DNA from: Eledone cirrhosa
Lineage: Eukaryota
DNA length: 64,000 bases
Reading direction: 5' to 3'
Assembly (NCBI GenBank): GCA_964016885.1
Contig: OZ024740.1
Span: 62,186,001-62,250,000 of the forward strand
This document shows, piece by piece, positions 27,960 to 40,509 of the stretch. The position numbers and the translations under genes were made by a program. The notes beneath the pieces are model-generated. The model saw only the letters and a list, made by a program, of their open reading frames with translations, was not told the origin of the DNA and did not search any database. Each line of letters starts with the position of its first letter. Position 1 is the stretch's first letter.

Positions 27960-28203
27960 TCATCATCATCATCATCATTTTACGTCCGCTTTTCCCTGCT
28001 TGCAAGGGTGGGACAGGAACTGATTCTAGCTTGATTTCTACAGCTGGATGCCCTTCCTAACACCAACCTCATTTACAGTGAGTGCTGGGTGTTTTTTTGC
28101 CATGGCACCTCCACGACCACTTTGCAGTGGAATGATATGGACCCCAGTCCCTATCATCTCATTTCTACAGCTGAGTAAACTGGAGCAATGTGAAATAAAG
28201 TGT

Positions 28204-28205
<2 letters not shown>
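27958..28205 (-). mobile_element. RTE-B 3' UTR fragment fused to a CORE-SINE piece, flanked by (TA)n tracts
   Basis: (CAT)n TTTTACGTCC ... GGATGCCCTTCCTAACACCAACC as in 40510-40790, then CTCATTTCTACAGCTGAGTAAACTGGAGCAA as in 2550-2600. Confidence 0.75.
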
Positions 28206-28243
<38 letters not shown>

Positions 28244-28844
28244 TATATTATATCATATTATATTATATGCAGGTAGCTGACCAATTATATATAATAGAAT
28301 GTTGTAGTTTGCTTGAAGCATTGCGTATAGTATATAATGATATGTTTAAGAAGGTTAAGACGATGCAAAATGGATGGTAAAATGAAGGCAACAAAGGAGT
28401 TTGTGATACCTGATATTTATTATTATTATCTTTTGATTTTTCATTCTAATATATTAGGACATAAAAATCCCTTCCTCAGAGCAAAACGTTCCGGTCTTAT
28501 TGCTTTGAAATTTGATCTAACAGAACTTCCAAGATGTTACAGTTGGAAGGAGTGGGCACTGAACTGGTACTTTTTCAAAAGAATGAAAAGCAAAGTGAAC
28601 TTTGGCAGGATTTAAACTCAGAATGCAGAGGCCTGGAACAAATATCCAATGCTCTAAAAACTCTGCCAAATCAAAAACTGCCTTACTATACACCAAATAC
28701 CAGCTTGAAAATGAGAAAACTATATTAGTAAATCCCTCCAAATTCTTTATTATTTATCAAAATTAATTGAACATCGTGAACATTGTCTTTCATTAGGGAT
28801 ATGGTAATGAAAGCGTTAATTTCATTTGTGCTACTACTTCTTTG

Positions 28845-29095
28845 AAGGTGCATGGCTTAGTGGTTAGAGAATTGGATTTGCAATCTTGAGGCTGGGAGTT
28901 TGATTCCCTGACTGGGCAATACATGATGTCCTTGAGTAAGAACTTTATCTCACGTGGTTCTTTCTGCCGAGAGTTGCAACCGGGAGATAATATCAGCAAT
29001 AGAAAGACCAATAGAACCATTGTTTCCTTAATCCAATTTGACAAGTTCCACCTCAGTTGGTAAGCAAATGAGGTCTGGGATCTTGTTGATTGACT
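28845..29095 (+). mobile_element. tRNA/CORE SINE
   Basis: A-box TGGCTTAGTGG, B-box GTTTGATTCC, CORE-like TGTCCTTGAGTAAGAACTT. Relatives at 52875-53080 (+) and 60800-60950 (-). Confidence 0.65.
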
Positions 29096-29710
29096 CGTTT
29101 ACTTTTTCTTTCTTACTACTACTGAGTCATCTATAATAGAATGGAAACGTCTTTCAGTGTAACTAAAATTGAATGCCAAAAGTTACTAATAAAGACTGTA
29201 AAATATTTTTCAGTTGGGTCAGTATAAGGAATTTCTTTGGTAATTACATATATAAACCAATAGAATAAAATTTTGAAAGGAAATATAGAATTATGATACA
29301 TCTGAGAAGTGCCTCTCAACAAGTATTTTTCTTGCATGAGTTATGTAAGAAAAATGGTGCAAAGAAAGGTGAGACATAAGTATCAGTTTTCTTTTTTTAT
29401 AAACCTGATATTTTCATATGGTAGCTAACTGCAAACCAAAGAAAATGCATCTATATGTTGTTTTGAAAAATAATCAATCAAGTGGAGAGTATGGGTTTAC
29501 TGTCAGTTTAATTGATAGGATTTTTCGAAAAGAATTGTTCATACAGATCTGTGGCATGTTGCCAGTACTTATCTCTCATGCATTTCCAAATTTTATCATG
29601 ATCATCATGTGTAATATTAGTCATACTTTCTACTATTTATGAAAGGCACAAATCTTCAATATTAGCGATTTATTTAAGAAATTTCCAAGCATTTGTATTA
29701 TTATATATAT

Positions 29711-30736
29711 GTCTGGGGAAATAAGTAGCAGCAAGTGCCCACAAAATACTAGCTCTTTCAACTGCGCAGAGGGTTCTATAGAAATAGTGGACAGCTTCCG
29801 TTACCTGGGTGACAAAATCAGCAGTGGGGGAGGGTGCTCTGAAAGTACAGTAGCTAGAGTCAGAACTGGGTGGAAAAAGTTCAGAGAGCTTATACCACTA
29901 TTAGCCGCTAAAGGGTTCTCCCTAAAAATGAAAGGCAGGTTGTACGATGCCTGCATACGAACAGCAATGTTGCATGGCAGTGAGACCTGGGCATTGTGTG
30001 CAGAGGATATACGCAGACTAGAGAGAAACGAAGCTTGCATGCTCCGCTGGATGTGTAATAGTAATATACGTGAACGACAAAGCATAAATGAACTAAGGAA
30101 AAAATTAGAAATAAGAGGGATCAGATGTTGTTTACTAGAGAGAAGGCTACGTTGGTATGGTCACGTGATGCGCATGAAGGATGATAGCTGTATAACAAAG
30201 TGCAGGGCAATAAAGATAGACGGTAGCCACGGAATAGGCAGACCCAGAAAAACCTGGGACGAGCTGATAAACTCCGACCTCACACACTTACACCTCACCA
30301 AGACAATGTCACTGGACCGAGACCTTTGGCGGTACTCAGTAATAGAGAAGACCCGCCTTACCTAAATACAAAGTAAAACCTACTACAGTCAGTAGGCATC
30401 TCTAACAAAATACACCCCGTCCTACCCACACCGCCCCCTTCTATGTAAAGTTATGTTGGTGCCACACCATCCAGGCCGAAACAAATGAGATCGTGTAGGT
30501 GTCACGACAAAAAAACACACAGTCCACGCTGTAATGTGGCCGTGTAGGCAACACGGTAAAAACCTCCCAGACCCACACTGTAAATGTGGTTGGTGTTAGG
30601 AAGGGCATCCAACTGTAGAAAACCTGCCAGACAGTCCTATGCGAGCAAGACAATCACTCTTGCCTCAAGTGGGAATACCCCCGTCCAAACCCATGCAAGC
30701 GTGGAACACGGACGTTAAACGTTGATGATGATGATG
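29711..30736 (+). mobile_element. RTE LINE family A, young 5'-truncated copy
   Basis: Intact 218-aa C-terminal ORF 29709-30365, full 3' UTR and (GAT)n tail. Confidence 0.95.
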
Positions 30737-31645
30737 TTGGAAGTGGTATTTAAAATGGCTGGCTGAATTTCTCCTTGAAAGCATATTCAGGTAGAAAGTG
30801 GGATAACCTTTCTGTAAAAACATCTGCTCCAACAATACATGCCAGCATGGAAAAATGGATGTAATTTCAGTAATACTCTCTCTCTCTCTTATTTTTTTCT
30901 CTCTCATATTATTAACTCTGAATAAACATTTATCCATATGATAGAACTGCAAAGTAACTGTATTTCTCTATGGAATAAAGCTTTCGAAAGAATGCTATGC
31001 AGCAAATATCTTCCAAACTGCTAGATATATTTTGAGCGTAGCTTCATTTTTAAGTTTTGTTTGCTCAGATCTTTATAAATATGTTTGCGTCTCTAATTTA
31101 TATTCTTATTCTAAATAACTGTTTGTCATTGTTGTTAGTAAGAGGGTGAAATTTATTTTTTTCTTCTTTCCATTTATTTTACTATTAATTAGCAAAAATA
31201 TGATTTCAAAGTGTTGAAGCCATAAAAATGATGTATGAATGGCTGTTTATATCTGATTCAAAAATTAGATGTTGCATTTATGCCAATCCTTTTTCTATGG
31301 GTATTTTGTATGGTGTAATACTTGTTTCTAAAATTTCTGTTTTCACTTGACTGGTGATTTTGACTGACAGCAGCTTTATTAGTTCATCTGTTGCATGGCT
31401 CCTGGGATTCTGTGAATGGCTTTTCTTGCTTTAAATGAGGATCATTTCTAAGAAATATATCTGCCATGAAATACATGCTTTTATTCGTTTTCTTGATGTT
31501 AAGGAAAAAATCAAAACATTGAGAAAGTTGCTGTTTTTGTTATTGTCTGGTGAATAATTGGCTATTGATGATAATCCATTAAAGTTTTCTTTCTGGATTT
31601 TTCTATCATTTCATTGGGTTTACACACACACACACACACACACAC

Positions 31646-32932
31646 CATCATCATTTAACATCCACTTTCCCTGCTAGCAAGGATTGGACAGGTCTCTTCG
31701 CAAACCGAGTCTGTACTAAAGTTGGGCTACTGACCTCCCAGACAGGTTGGAGGTTCTCATTTCACATATGGTTCCACATTGTACTAACTACATTTTATCA
31801 TGGCGCCAGTACTAGAGAGTTTGTCACTCTTTGACTCAACTGAAGTTGGTACTTCCAACCCTTTGTTTGGCAAGCTTTCTATGGCTGGATGCCCTTTCTA
31901 TCACCAACCACTTTACTGTATGTACTGGATGCATTTGTTGTGTAGATCACCAACACTAGAGAGGTTGTTGTGCCATTGATACAACTGAGGGGTCCTCTCA
32001 ACCCTCTAAAGCATGGTTTCTAGAGTGGGGTACCCTTCCTATTGCCAACCACCTTACAGGGTGACCAGATGCATTTTCATGGCACTCACTAGAGAGGTTG
32101 TTGGTCATGGTACCAACTGAAGAGCTCTCTCTGCTCTGGAGGGAGGGAGATAGGTATGAAGTTATAGGCGTATGTGGTGATTTGGCGAAGCAATGAGTAA
32201 GGGGAAAGGGTGGTTGATAGATTATGGGGAGGGGGGCTATAGTGGTGTGTGAGGTGTGGTTCATAGAATATGAGAGGGCAGTGATGGAGATAGCTAAGGG
32301 GTGGTAGTGGGTGGATGCACAAAGAGTAGAGTAGCTGCTATGGAGTGGTACGGGGGGGGGGGGGGCATGGGTAGCGGATGCAATAGTGGTGAGGATAGTT
32401 GCTGAGGAGTGCTAGTGGGAAGGTAGAGTCATGTCTGGGTCAGGACATATTGCATACTTATTGCTGAGTCATCATCATCACAGCATAACGCCAGCCCTCA
32501 TGGTTATGAGGTTTAGTTTCTTATGGTTGAACTTCACTACCTCATCCCAAGTCTCCTGGGTCTGCTTCATCCACTGATCCCAGCCACTAGGATTTCTCTG
32601 CATTTCCTTATGCAGCTGCTATCTTCCATATTCATCACATGTCCATATGAAAGCATATTACATCCAATTCTTATGCTGAGTTTTTCTCTCAGTTCACTTA
32701 CATCATTCATGTAAACATCCCTTGGAGAATACTTACTTCATTTCTTGCCTTTGCAGGTCTTCTGCAGTCAAGGTTCATGTTTCACTGCCATGTAGCATTG
32801 CAGTTTGCATGCAGTCTTCTTTTCATTCCGAAAGAAAAGCCCTTTGATGTCAGCAAACGTATCAGCTGTTTAAACTTCAGTCAGCCTACTCTGATCCAGA
32901 CTGTCACATTTTCAGTGTATGATTCCCCCTGC
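31646..32932 (-). mobile_element. Old RTE LINE with a long modular 3' UTR
   Basis: (CAT)n TTTAACATCC tail, repeated GGATGCCCTTtCTA/CCAACCACTTTAC modules, then decayed C-terminal ORF homology at 32500-32930. Confidence 0.75.
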
Positions 32933-34622
32933 TTAATATAATTATAGTAATAATTTGGATTACTTTAACATATATCATGAGGAACTGGTTTCACCATAGC
33001 AATAAATCTATAAAGACACTGTAGCAACTCAACTTTCAATAGTGACAACTGAATTTTTGTAAAGAAATTTTAAATGTTTTCAAATTGCAATTGTGAAAAA
33101 TGTGAATGCTAATCAAATTCTTTAGCAGTGATTTCAATTACCTGCCATATATACTTTCAAATATTCCCCCTGCATGCATTGATTTTTATCCATTAAAATG
33201 ATAGTTTTGCTTCAAATATTGTATGTCTCTCTTTGAAATTGTAATTTTTCTTCGAAACATATATTCTGAAAAATCTGAATTGCACAATCACAGATCCACA
33301 TGTTTTCAAAGCATCGATGCTAACCAAAGACAAAATGATATTGTTTCAAACATTTTTTTAAATGAAATATCGTCAATATCATCATCATTATCATTGTTAT
33401 TCCCAGCATCCTTGTTAGCAAAATAATCTCATATTAAAACACAATTTTCAATTTTAGTTTAAGTTAACTGCATATCTCAGTTCTGCATCTTTGTGAAATT
33501 TACAATTAGATATCACCATCATCATTTATCATCATACACTCTCTTTCTTTACAAGTATGCATAATTTACTGACCTTGTTGAGTCAGAGGACCAAGTCTTG
33601 TTCCTATGTTCCATTTTTTGTATGCTTTCTCCAACTTTATCCCTTTCTAACACTAACCACTTTACAGAGAATATTGGATACATTCTATTGTGGCCTCCTC
33701 AGCATTGGAAATGTTATGTCCTGAAAGAGACTAAATAATTATTTCTTCCCTATATTATCTTTGATTGCCATCTACTTTTATTTTATTGAGCATCTCTTAT
33801 TTTATTTTTGGCGTTCACTGTCCTTCTAATTGATGCTAACCAAAGATAAAACAACAGTTTCAAAATTTATTTTAAAATGAACTATCGTCGTTACCATCAT
33901 CATTATCATCATTATTCCCCAGCATCCTTGTTATCATTGTGTGGTTATATTGAAATTAATGTCTCCTATTTTAAATTATCTGAGTTTCAGAACTTTCTGA
34001 AGTATAATTAATTACCTGAAATAAAATAAATACCAAAGCGTATCTGCTGATTTCTACACAGACAAGCCAAAACAATATATGTAATAAGAATATTTTAATA
34101 ATAATAAATATTTAAATAATAATAATAATAATGACAATGATGATGATTTCTTATAATAATAATTTAAAAGAAACACCAAAAGAAATGTTGATTTTAAAAT
34201 TGTATTCTTACTAAAGTTAAATATTTTCAATCCATACTACAACAATAATGTTTTAATGCCATTTCCCTGCTATAGCATGGTTGATAGCTTTGTAGGTCTC
34301 ATGACATGTTTCATACTCATTATGGAGTCCCTTATGAGGCTGTGTTTTACAACCAAGTGCCATTCCTGGCACCAACTCCCTTAGTTGCCTCTGACAACTA
34401 GCAGAGATATCATGGCCTAGCATGTGGACATATGATGATGATGATCTCCCATACACTTTCTGTCAACCAAATTCCACTGACAAGGTTTTAACGTAAAAGG
34501 ACATTTGCCGAAGGCACCACACAATGGCAGCAAATCTGGAACGATGTAATTGTGAAGTTCTTAGACACACAGCCATGCCATGCTCATGTTAGTATCCTAA
34601 TTACTAACAGATAGATCAACTT

Positions 34623-34834
34623 GTAACTCTTAACACCCTGTACCATATGAAACTGCATTCTTGAAAAGTACAAACGATACTATGACTGCATTACATTAAA
34701 ACTGAAAGTCTCTACTATAGTCTAATACTGCATGTTTTTACAATGACCTGACCTGATATAAAGATATATAAACATTTGAATGAACACGTTTTTAGATATT
34801 TTCTGGTAAATCATTACAGGGTGTTTAGAGTTAA
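34623..34834 (+). mobile_element. TTAA MITE family 2
   Basis: (G)TAA|CTCTTAACACCCTGTA ... TACAGGGTGTTTAGAG|TTAA, a 16-bp TIR with one mismatch. Confidence 0.8.
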
Positions 34835-35059
34835 CCCTTTAGCATTTACATTACTCTATATATACTATTGTATTTTCATGGTAAACACTTTATCTCACAT
34901 AATTATCTCATATGATATCGAATCTACAAGATTTTGTTGTTATTTATTTTGAGAAAAATACCTTAACATCAGTATGAGCAGCCGGTTATGGTCAGTTGGA
35001 ACAGAAAGAGGTGAGAGAATTCTGGCCAGATATGGCTGATTTAAATGCTAAAGGGTTAA
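34831..35059 (-). mobile_element. piggyBac-type MITE family 1
   Basis: TTAA|CCCTTTAGCATTTA...TAAATGCTAAAGGG|TTAA with a perfect TIR. Interior is the reverse complement of 14652-14859. Confidence 0.9.
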
Positions 35060-35714
35060 ATAAAGAGTGAAAAAGTAAACGGCTTTAATATTTGCACAAG
35101 ACACACATTTTGGTGGAAAGTAGAATTGGTTCTATCAACTCCCCACTGCTAATTGATAGTTATTTTAAAGACCCTGGAAAGAAGGAATGCAAAGGCAGTT
35201 CTGGCTGAGATAGAACTCAGAAGGTAAAAGGATGTAGCCAAATTCTAAGACATTTTGTTTGGTGCTCTACAAATTCTACTATCCACTATAATAAATTATT
35301 AGCTGCTATCATCGGTATGAACCAGAATAGATAGATATTACAACCATTCCTCATGTTGAGTAGTTAATGTAAAAAAAAAAAAAAAACCTCTAGCCGTAAC
35401 AACATACATTCCAATGAATGCAAATAACTGGATTTTCAGAACAATGCTCTTTATACTAGCTAGCATTAAGAATTCTAGTAAAAAAAATATTTAAGAAAAC
35501 GCTTAGGGTATTTATTGTTTCCTAATAATGGCATTTGCAGTCCAATTCATGAAAAAGGCAACATAAAATGATGATGAATGTTTTTAATTTCACCTTTACA
35601 CCACACCAAAAAAATAGACAACAACAACAAAAATCCCTGATGAAATCACTGGATATTAAGTAAAGGATAGGATAAGGCTAGAGTTAAGAAAACTCATGTC
35701 AAGCGAATAAAGAA

Positions 35715-35914
35715 NNNNNNNNNNNNNNNNNNNNNNNNNNNNNNNNNNNNNNNNNNNNNNNNNNNNNNNNNNNNNNNNNNNNNNNNNNNNNNNNNNNNNN
35801 NNNNNNNNNNNNNNNNNNNNNNNNNNNNNNNNNNNNNNNNNNNNNNNNNNNNNNNNNNNNNNNNNNNNNNNNNNNNNNNNNNNNNNNNNNNNNNNNNNNN
35901 NNNNNNNNNNNNNN
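35715..35914. other. Assembly gap (200 N)
   Basis: Run of N. The round length suggests a scaffolding gap of unknown true size. Confidence 0.99.
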
Positions 35915-36494
35915 CAATATGTTACTGTTAGTAATCATACAGACCAAATGTTTTGATCCCTGCAAATTCTTTGGTCATTCTTTCAATACATAAACATACA
36001 CACACATATTTTTTTTATTTTTTTTACTCACATCATGAGCTTCTGTGCAGTTTCCATTTTACTAAATTCTCTCACAAAGTATTGTTCAACCTGAGGCTAT
36101 AATAGAATCCAACTGCACAAGTTTGCATGCTGTAAATGTCTTTATAGTGTTGATAATATGTATAGTGATTGACTAACCAATTGGTTCATATTAATGTATT
36201 ACCATCATCATCATCATTTAACATCCCTCTTCCATGGGTAGGTATTGATTTATGCTTACTGACCCCATGGAAATGCCATGGTTTAATTAGAAACAACCAC
36301 GAATATTAAAGATTAAATGGCATTTTAAATATTTTATTCATAAGTTTCTTACTAAATGCCAAGAAGCTCAATATCTTAACCACTTAAGGAAGAATACAGA
36401 ACATAAAAGCTTTTAAATCAATTGATAACCAAAGAGATACTTCAAATAATTTTACTAATGTCTACATGCATTTCAACTCCAATTTAAAGAATTG

Positions 36495-36792
36495 TCAGGG
36501 AATTAATTTGGGATTTGGATAATATGAGTCCCAAGGAAACAAAAGAACCTTTTATCTATTTTTTTTTTTAAATCTCTTCGAAAAACCCCTTCAATTCTTG
36601 TTGAAAAAAATTCAAGCCTATATATCACAAATAAGTAACTGCTTTTTCGTGCGTCTTCTGAGATAAAATAACTTTCTCTTTATTTCTTTAAAAACATCTT
36701 CAAAAAACCTCTTCAATTTCTTTAACGAATTGACTATGATGCCTGTGTTTCTTTGGGACTCACATCATTCAAATCCCGAATTAATACCCTGA
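36495..36792. mobile_element. Foldback/MITE-like element with 47-bp imperfect TIRs
   Basis: TCAGGGAATTAATTTGGGATTTGGATAATATGAGTCCCAAGGAAACA (36495-36541) pairs with 36746-36792 with about 6 mismatches. Confidence 0.8.
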
Positions 36793-37845
36793 TACCAAAA
36801 AGGTGAAAAGCATTTATTACTCTTAGCATGATTTGAACTTAGAATGTAAACAATCAGAAAACAGTGCAAGGCATGTAATTTGACACATCAACAAATCTGT
36901 CAATTTTCTATCTTGTACAATAGAGTATTATTTGAAGAAAATTTATCTGCTATTTTTAGTAGATTGAGCCAAATATGTACTCCCTCAATGATGGAAAATG
37001 TGTTTTACAAAAGGAAATAAATAAATAAGTAAATAACACTTCTTTATTTTTCTGATAATATCCATTTTGCTTTGCTAGATTTCTTTATCAGAAACATTAA
37101 ATTACCATAAATGAAAGCCTTCCATATTGGATTTATCACATTGATTTTCCTTGCGCTTGTCTGTTCTCTCAAAACACAGCATATATTTCCCTTTGAAACT
37201 ATCTGTTGCATTCATTTAAGTATTATTAGAAATTTAACTCAAAGCTTATCAAAATTCATAGCAAACATTCTTGATAATAACATAGTAAATTTGTTTGAAA
37301 AAATATTCATAAAGTGCGTCATATATATAGTTTCTGGAGCAGCTATTGCTATTAATGTGAAAGTTTAGAATCAAAGTTGATGGCTGTAAAGTGTCATTTT
37401 GTTTTTGTTCACAATGTATGACACTTTGCTGTTGAAACTTTTTAGCAATAAAGCAATTTAGATTTTAATTGATTTCATTCCAGTGTGCATTTAGTGGCAT
37501 CAAATAACTAATGCAGTCCTGAGGTTGTGTGTGCACACACATGTATACACAAACATATATACAGAGAAATTACTAAATTTCTAAACTAGGTTGATTCGAA
37601 ATTGTGACATTGAGAAAGGTGTCTATTTGTGTATAAATGTGCATTTCCATGATACACATGTGATTGTATATATGATGCTATAAATTTATTAGTGCCTAAA
37701 TTCCATGAACTCATAAATTATAGAGATAGGAGAATAGTACAATATATATGGGAAAATTAGAGGTTAAGTAGAGGGGACTCTTTAAGGTGGCAGTTCTTTA
37801 AATGAAAGATTGATTACATATTATGTACATAGTTTAGGGAGAGAA

Positions 37846-38840
37846 GCGCAGAGGGCTCTATAGAAATAGTGGACAGCTTCCGTTACCTGGGTGACAAAAT
37901 CAGCAGTTGGGGAGGGTGCTCTGAAAGTACAGTAGCTAGAGTCAGAACTGGATGGAAAAAGTTCAGAGAGCTTATACCACTATTAGCCGCTAAAGGGTTC
38001 TCCCTAAAAATGAAAGGCAGGTTGTATGATGCCTGCATACGAACAGCAATGTTGCATGGCAGTGAGACCTGGGCATTGTGTGCAGAGGATATACGCAGAC
38101 TAGAGAGGAACGAAGCTTGCATGCTCCGCTGGATGTGTAATAGTAATATACGTGAACGGCAAAGCATAAATGAACTAAGGAAAAAATTAGAAATAAGAGG
38201 GATCAGATGTTGTTTACTCGAGAGAAGGCTACGTTGGTATGGACACGTGATGCGCATGAAAGTCGATAGCTGTATAACAAAGTGCAGGGCAATAAAGATA
38301 GATGGTAGCCACAGAATAGGCAGACCTAGAAAAACCTGGGACGAGCTGATAAACTCCGACCTCACACACTTACACCTCTCCAAGACAATGTCACTAGACT
38401 GAGACCTTTGGCGGTACTCAGTAATAGAGAAGACCTGCCTTACCTAAATACATAGTAAAACCTACTACAGTCAGTAGGCATCTCTAACAAAATACACCCC
38501 CGTCCCACCACCCCCACCCCATCCACACCGCCCCCTTCTATGTAAAGTTATGTTGGTGCCACACCATCCAGGCCGAAACAAATAAGATCGTGTAGGTGTC
38601 ACAACAAAAAAACACACAGTCCACACTGTAATGTGGCCGTGTAGGCAACACGGTAAAAACCTCCCAGACCCACACTGTAAATGTGGTTGGTGTTAGAAAG
38701 GGCATCCAACTGTAGAAAACCTGCCAGACAGTCCTATGCGAGCAAGACAATCACTCTTGCCTCAAGTGGGAAAACCCCCGTCCAAACCCATGCAAGCGTG
38801 GAACACGGACGTTAAACGTTGATGATGATGATGATGATGA
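37846..38840 (+). mobile_element. RTE LINE family A, young 5'-truncated copy
   Basis: ORF 37869-38402 (premature TGA near the C-terminus), 3' UTR and (GAT)n tail. Possible TSD GAAGC. Confidence 0.95.
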
Positions 38841-39917
38841 AGCAAAATAAAGGTCTTCAGTGGGTCCAATTAGTTATGGTAGGCAGAATTCATATCATCG
38901 TTATCATCACTTTGAGAACAATTTTGGGAAAGTATATGCAGTTAGTATTTTAGTGTTTATTTATTATAAATTGAACTGATAATGTTTTTAGCATGGTTTT
39001 TTTTCTAGTCAGCTGTCTTTCCAGCCAGTTTGCAGCATAGACTTAGTGCATTTTGTCATGCTACTAATACTAAAGAAGTTGTCTGGCAGGCCTTAAGTGT
39101 CCTCTCTACCCTGTATCAGTTTTTATTCAGAGTGACTACACTCCTAGATGGATTGCTTTGGCTATGGTTTTCTTTTACAATAGAAAACAGAGGCAGGTCT
39201 TTACATAGTTCATTTGTTTCTTGTCATTAAAAGAATTCACAGGGTGTATCTCAGCTATTAATATAATAATAATCATGATGATATCGGGTTGAATAACATC
39301 ATGGATGCCTTTAATGAAGCTCACTGCAAGATTTAAAATAATCAGACATCATCGATGAAAGAAAAGTAATTATAGCCAGCAAACGAAGAATATGTTAGAC
39401 AAGTAGCACTGAACCCTACCAAAAATATATTTTATGTATGGAGTGTCCCTATCATATAAATTTGCTTACATTGGAACCACGTGCAAAAAATGTAACTAGT
39501 TGAAAAACAACCACAACATAATGCAATGAGTTTACAATCCCTGAATAATAACGATTAAAACAACAATAAACCAAAACAAAAACCAGACAAAAAAAGCAAA
39601 CAAAAGAAAGGAATGTCAATTCATATAAGTAACATAAAATTTATTGATTGTATTACAAGTGTTCATATTATAAAAATTACAAAAGAATTGCATAGATGTA
39701 CGGATGTTCATTTTTTTTAACTTAAGAAAAAAATTGTGCAAAGATCAATGCACGCAAAAACATAGAAATTTAGAAACACAAAGTCCTGTACCCAACAAAA
39801 ATGATGACATTCTAAACGATGGGCCAGGCATTACCCTCGAGTGCCACAAAAAAAATCAAAAAGACACAAATGGACACAATAAGTGTATGCTTTGATTTCA
39901 CAAGCATATTTTACAGC

Positions 39918-40068
<151 letters not shown>

Positions 40069-40509
40069 CTGGCAAAGCAACAACTACCCACACTCTGATT
40101 TAAAGCTGGATATGATATGTGGACCATCTGAGCTCATAGGTTTGATTATTTCATTGCAGCATCTGTAGAATTGTTTAGACTTAATTCCAGGGGATCTTTC
40201 ACAACTTTTGAGTTCAAATCCTGCCTAGGTCAGTCTTACTTTTCATTTTTTCAAGGTTATCAAGTTCACTGCACTTGCCTGACTAGTCAGAATGTAAACA
40301 TCCAGAACAAATACTGCAAGATAATTTGTCTACCACTAACAATTCCATTAATCCAATGTTCTTTATTTTATCAACACCAGAATAGGCAAAGTTAACTCAG
40401 CAAGATTTGAAACATTATAATGATTCTGCCAATTCACCATCTCATCAAACATTCAATAATGAAATGGTTATCACAAAGAAAAAATAGTGTACCAAACATT
40501 CAATGACAT

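Noticed and set aside
30441-30653. Recurrent 70-aa ORF MSCSHRTVWQVFYSWMPFLTPT (also at 38538, 51437 and 62584)
   Set aside because: It is antisense to the family A 3' UTR with a TTG start. Its conservation reflects recent copy identity, not coding selection.
32130-32430. G-rich tract as a promoter or G-quadruplex regulatory element
   Set aside because: It lies inside the C-rich 3' UTR of an antisense RTE relic, with no independent support for function.
35636-35700. Hammerhead core CTGATGA (also on the minus strand at about 56400-56430)
   Set aside because: No stem II closing onto GAAA and no stems I/III could be built.
35699-35965. ORF spanning the N run
   Set aside because: Artefact of the assembly gap.
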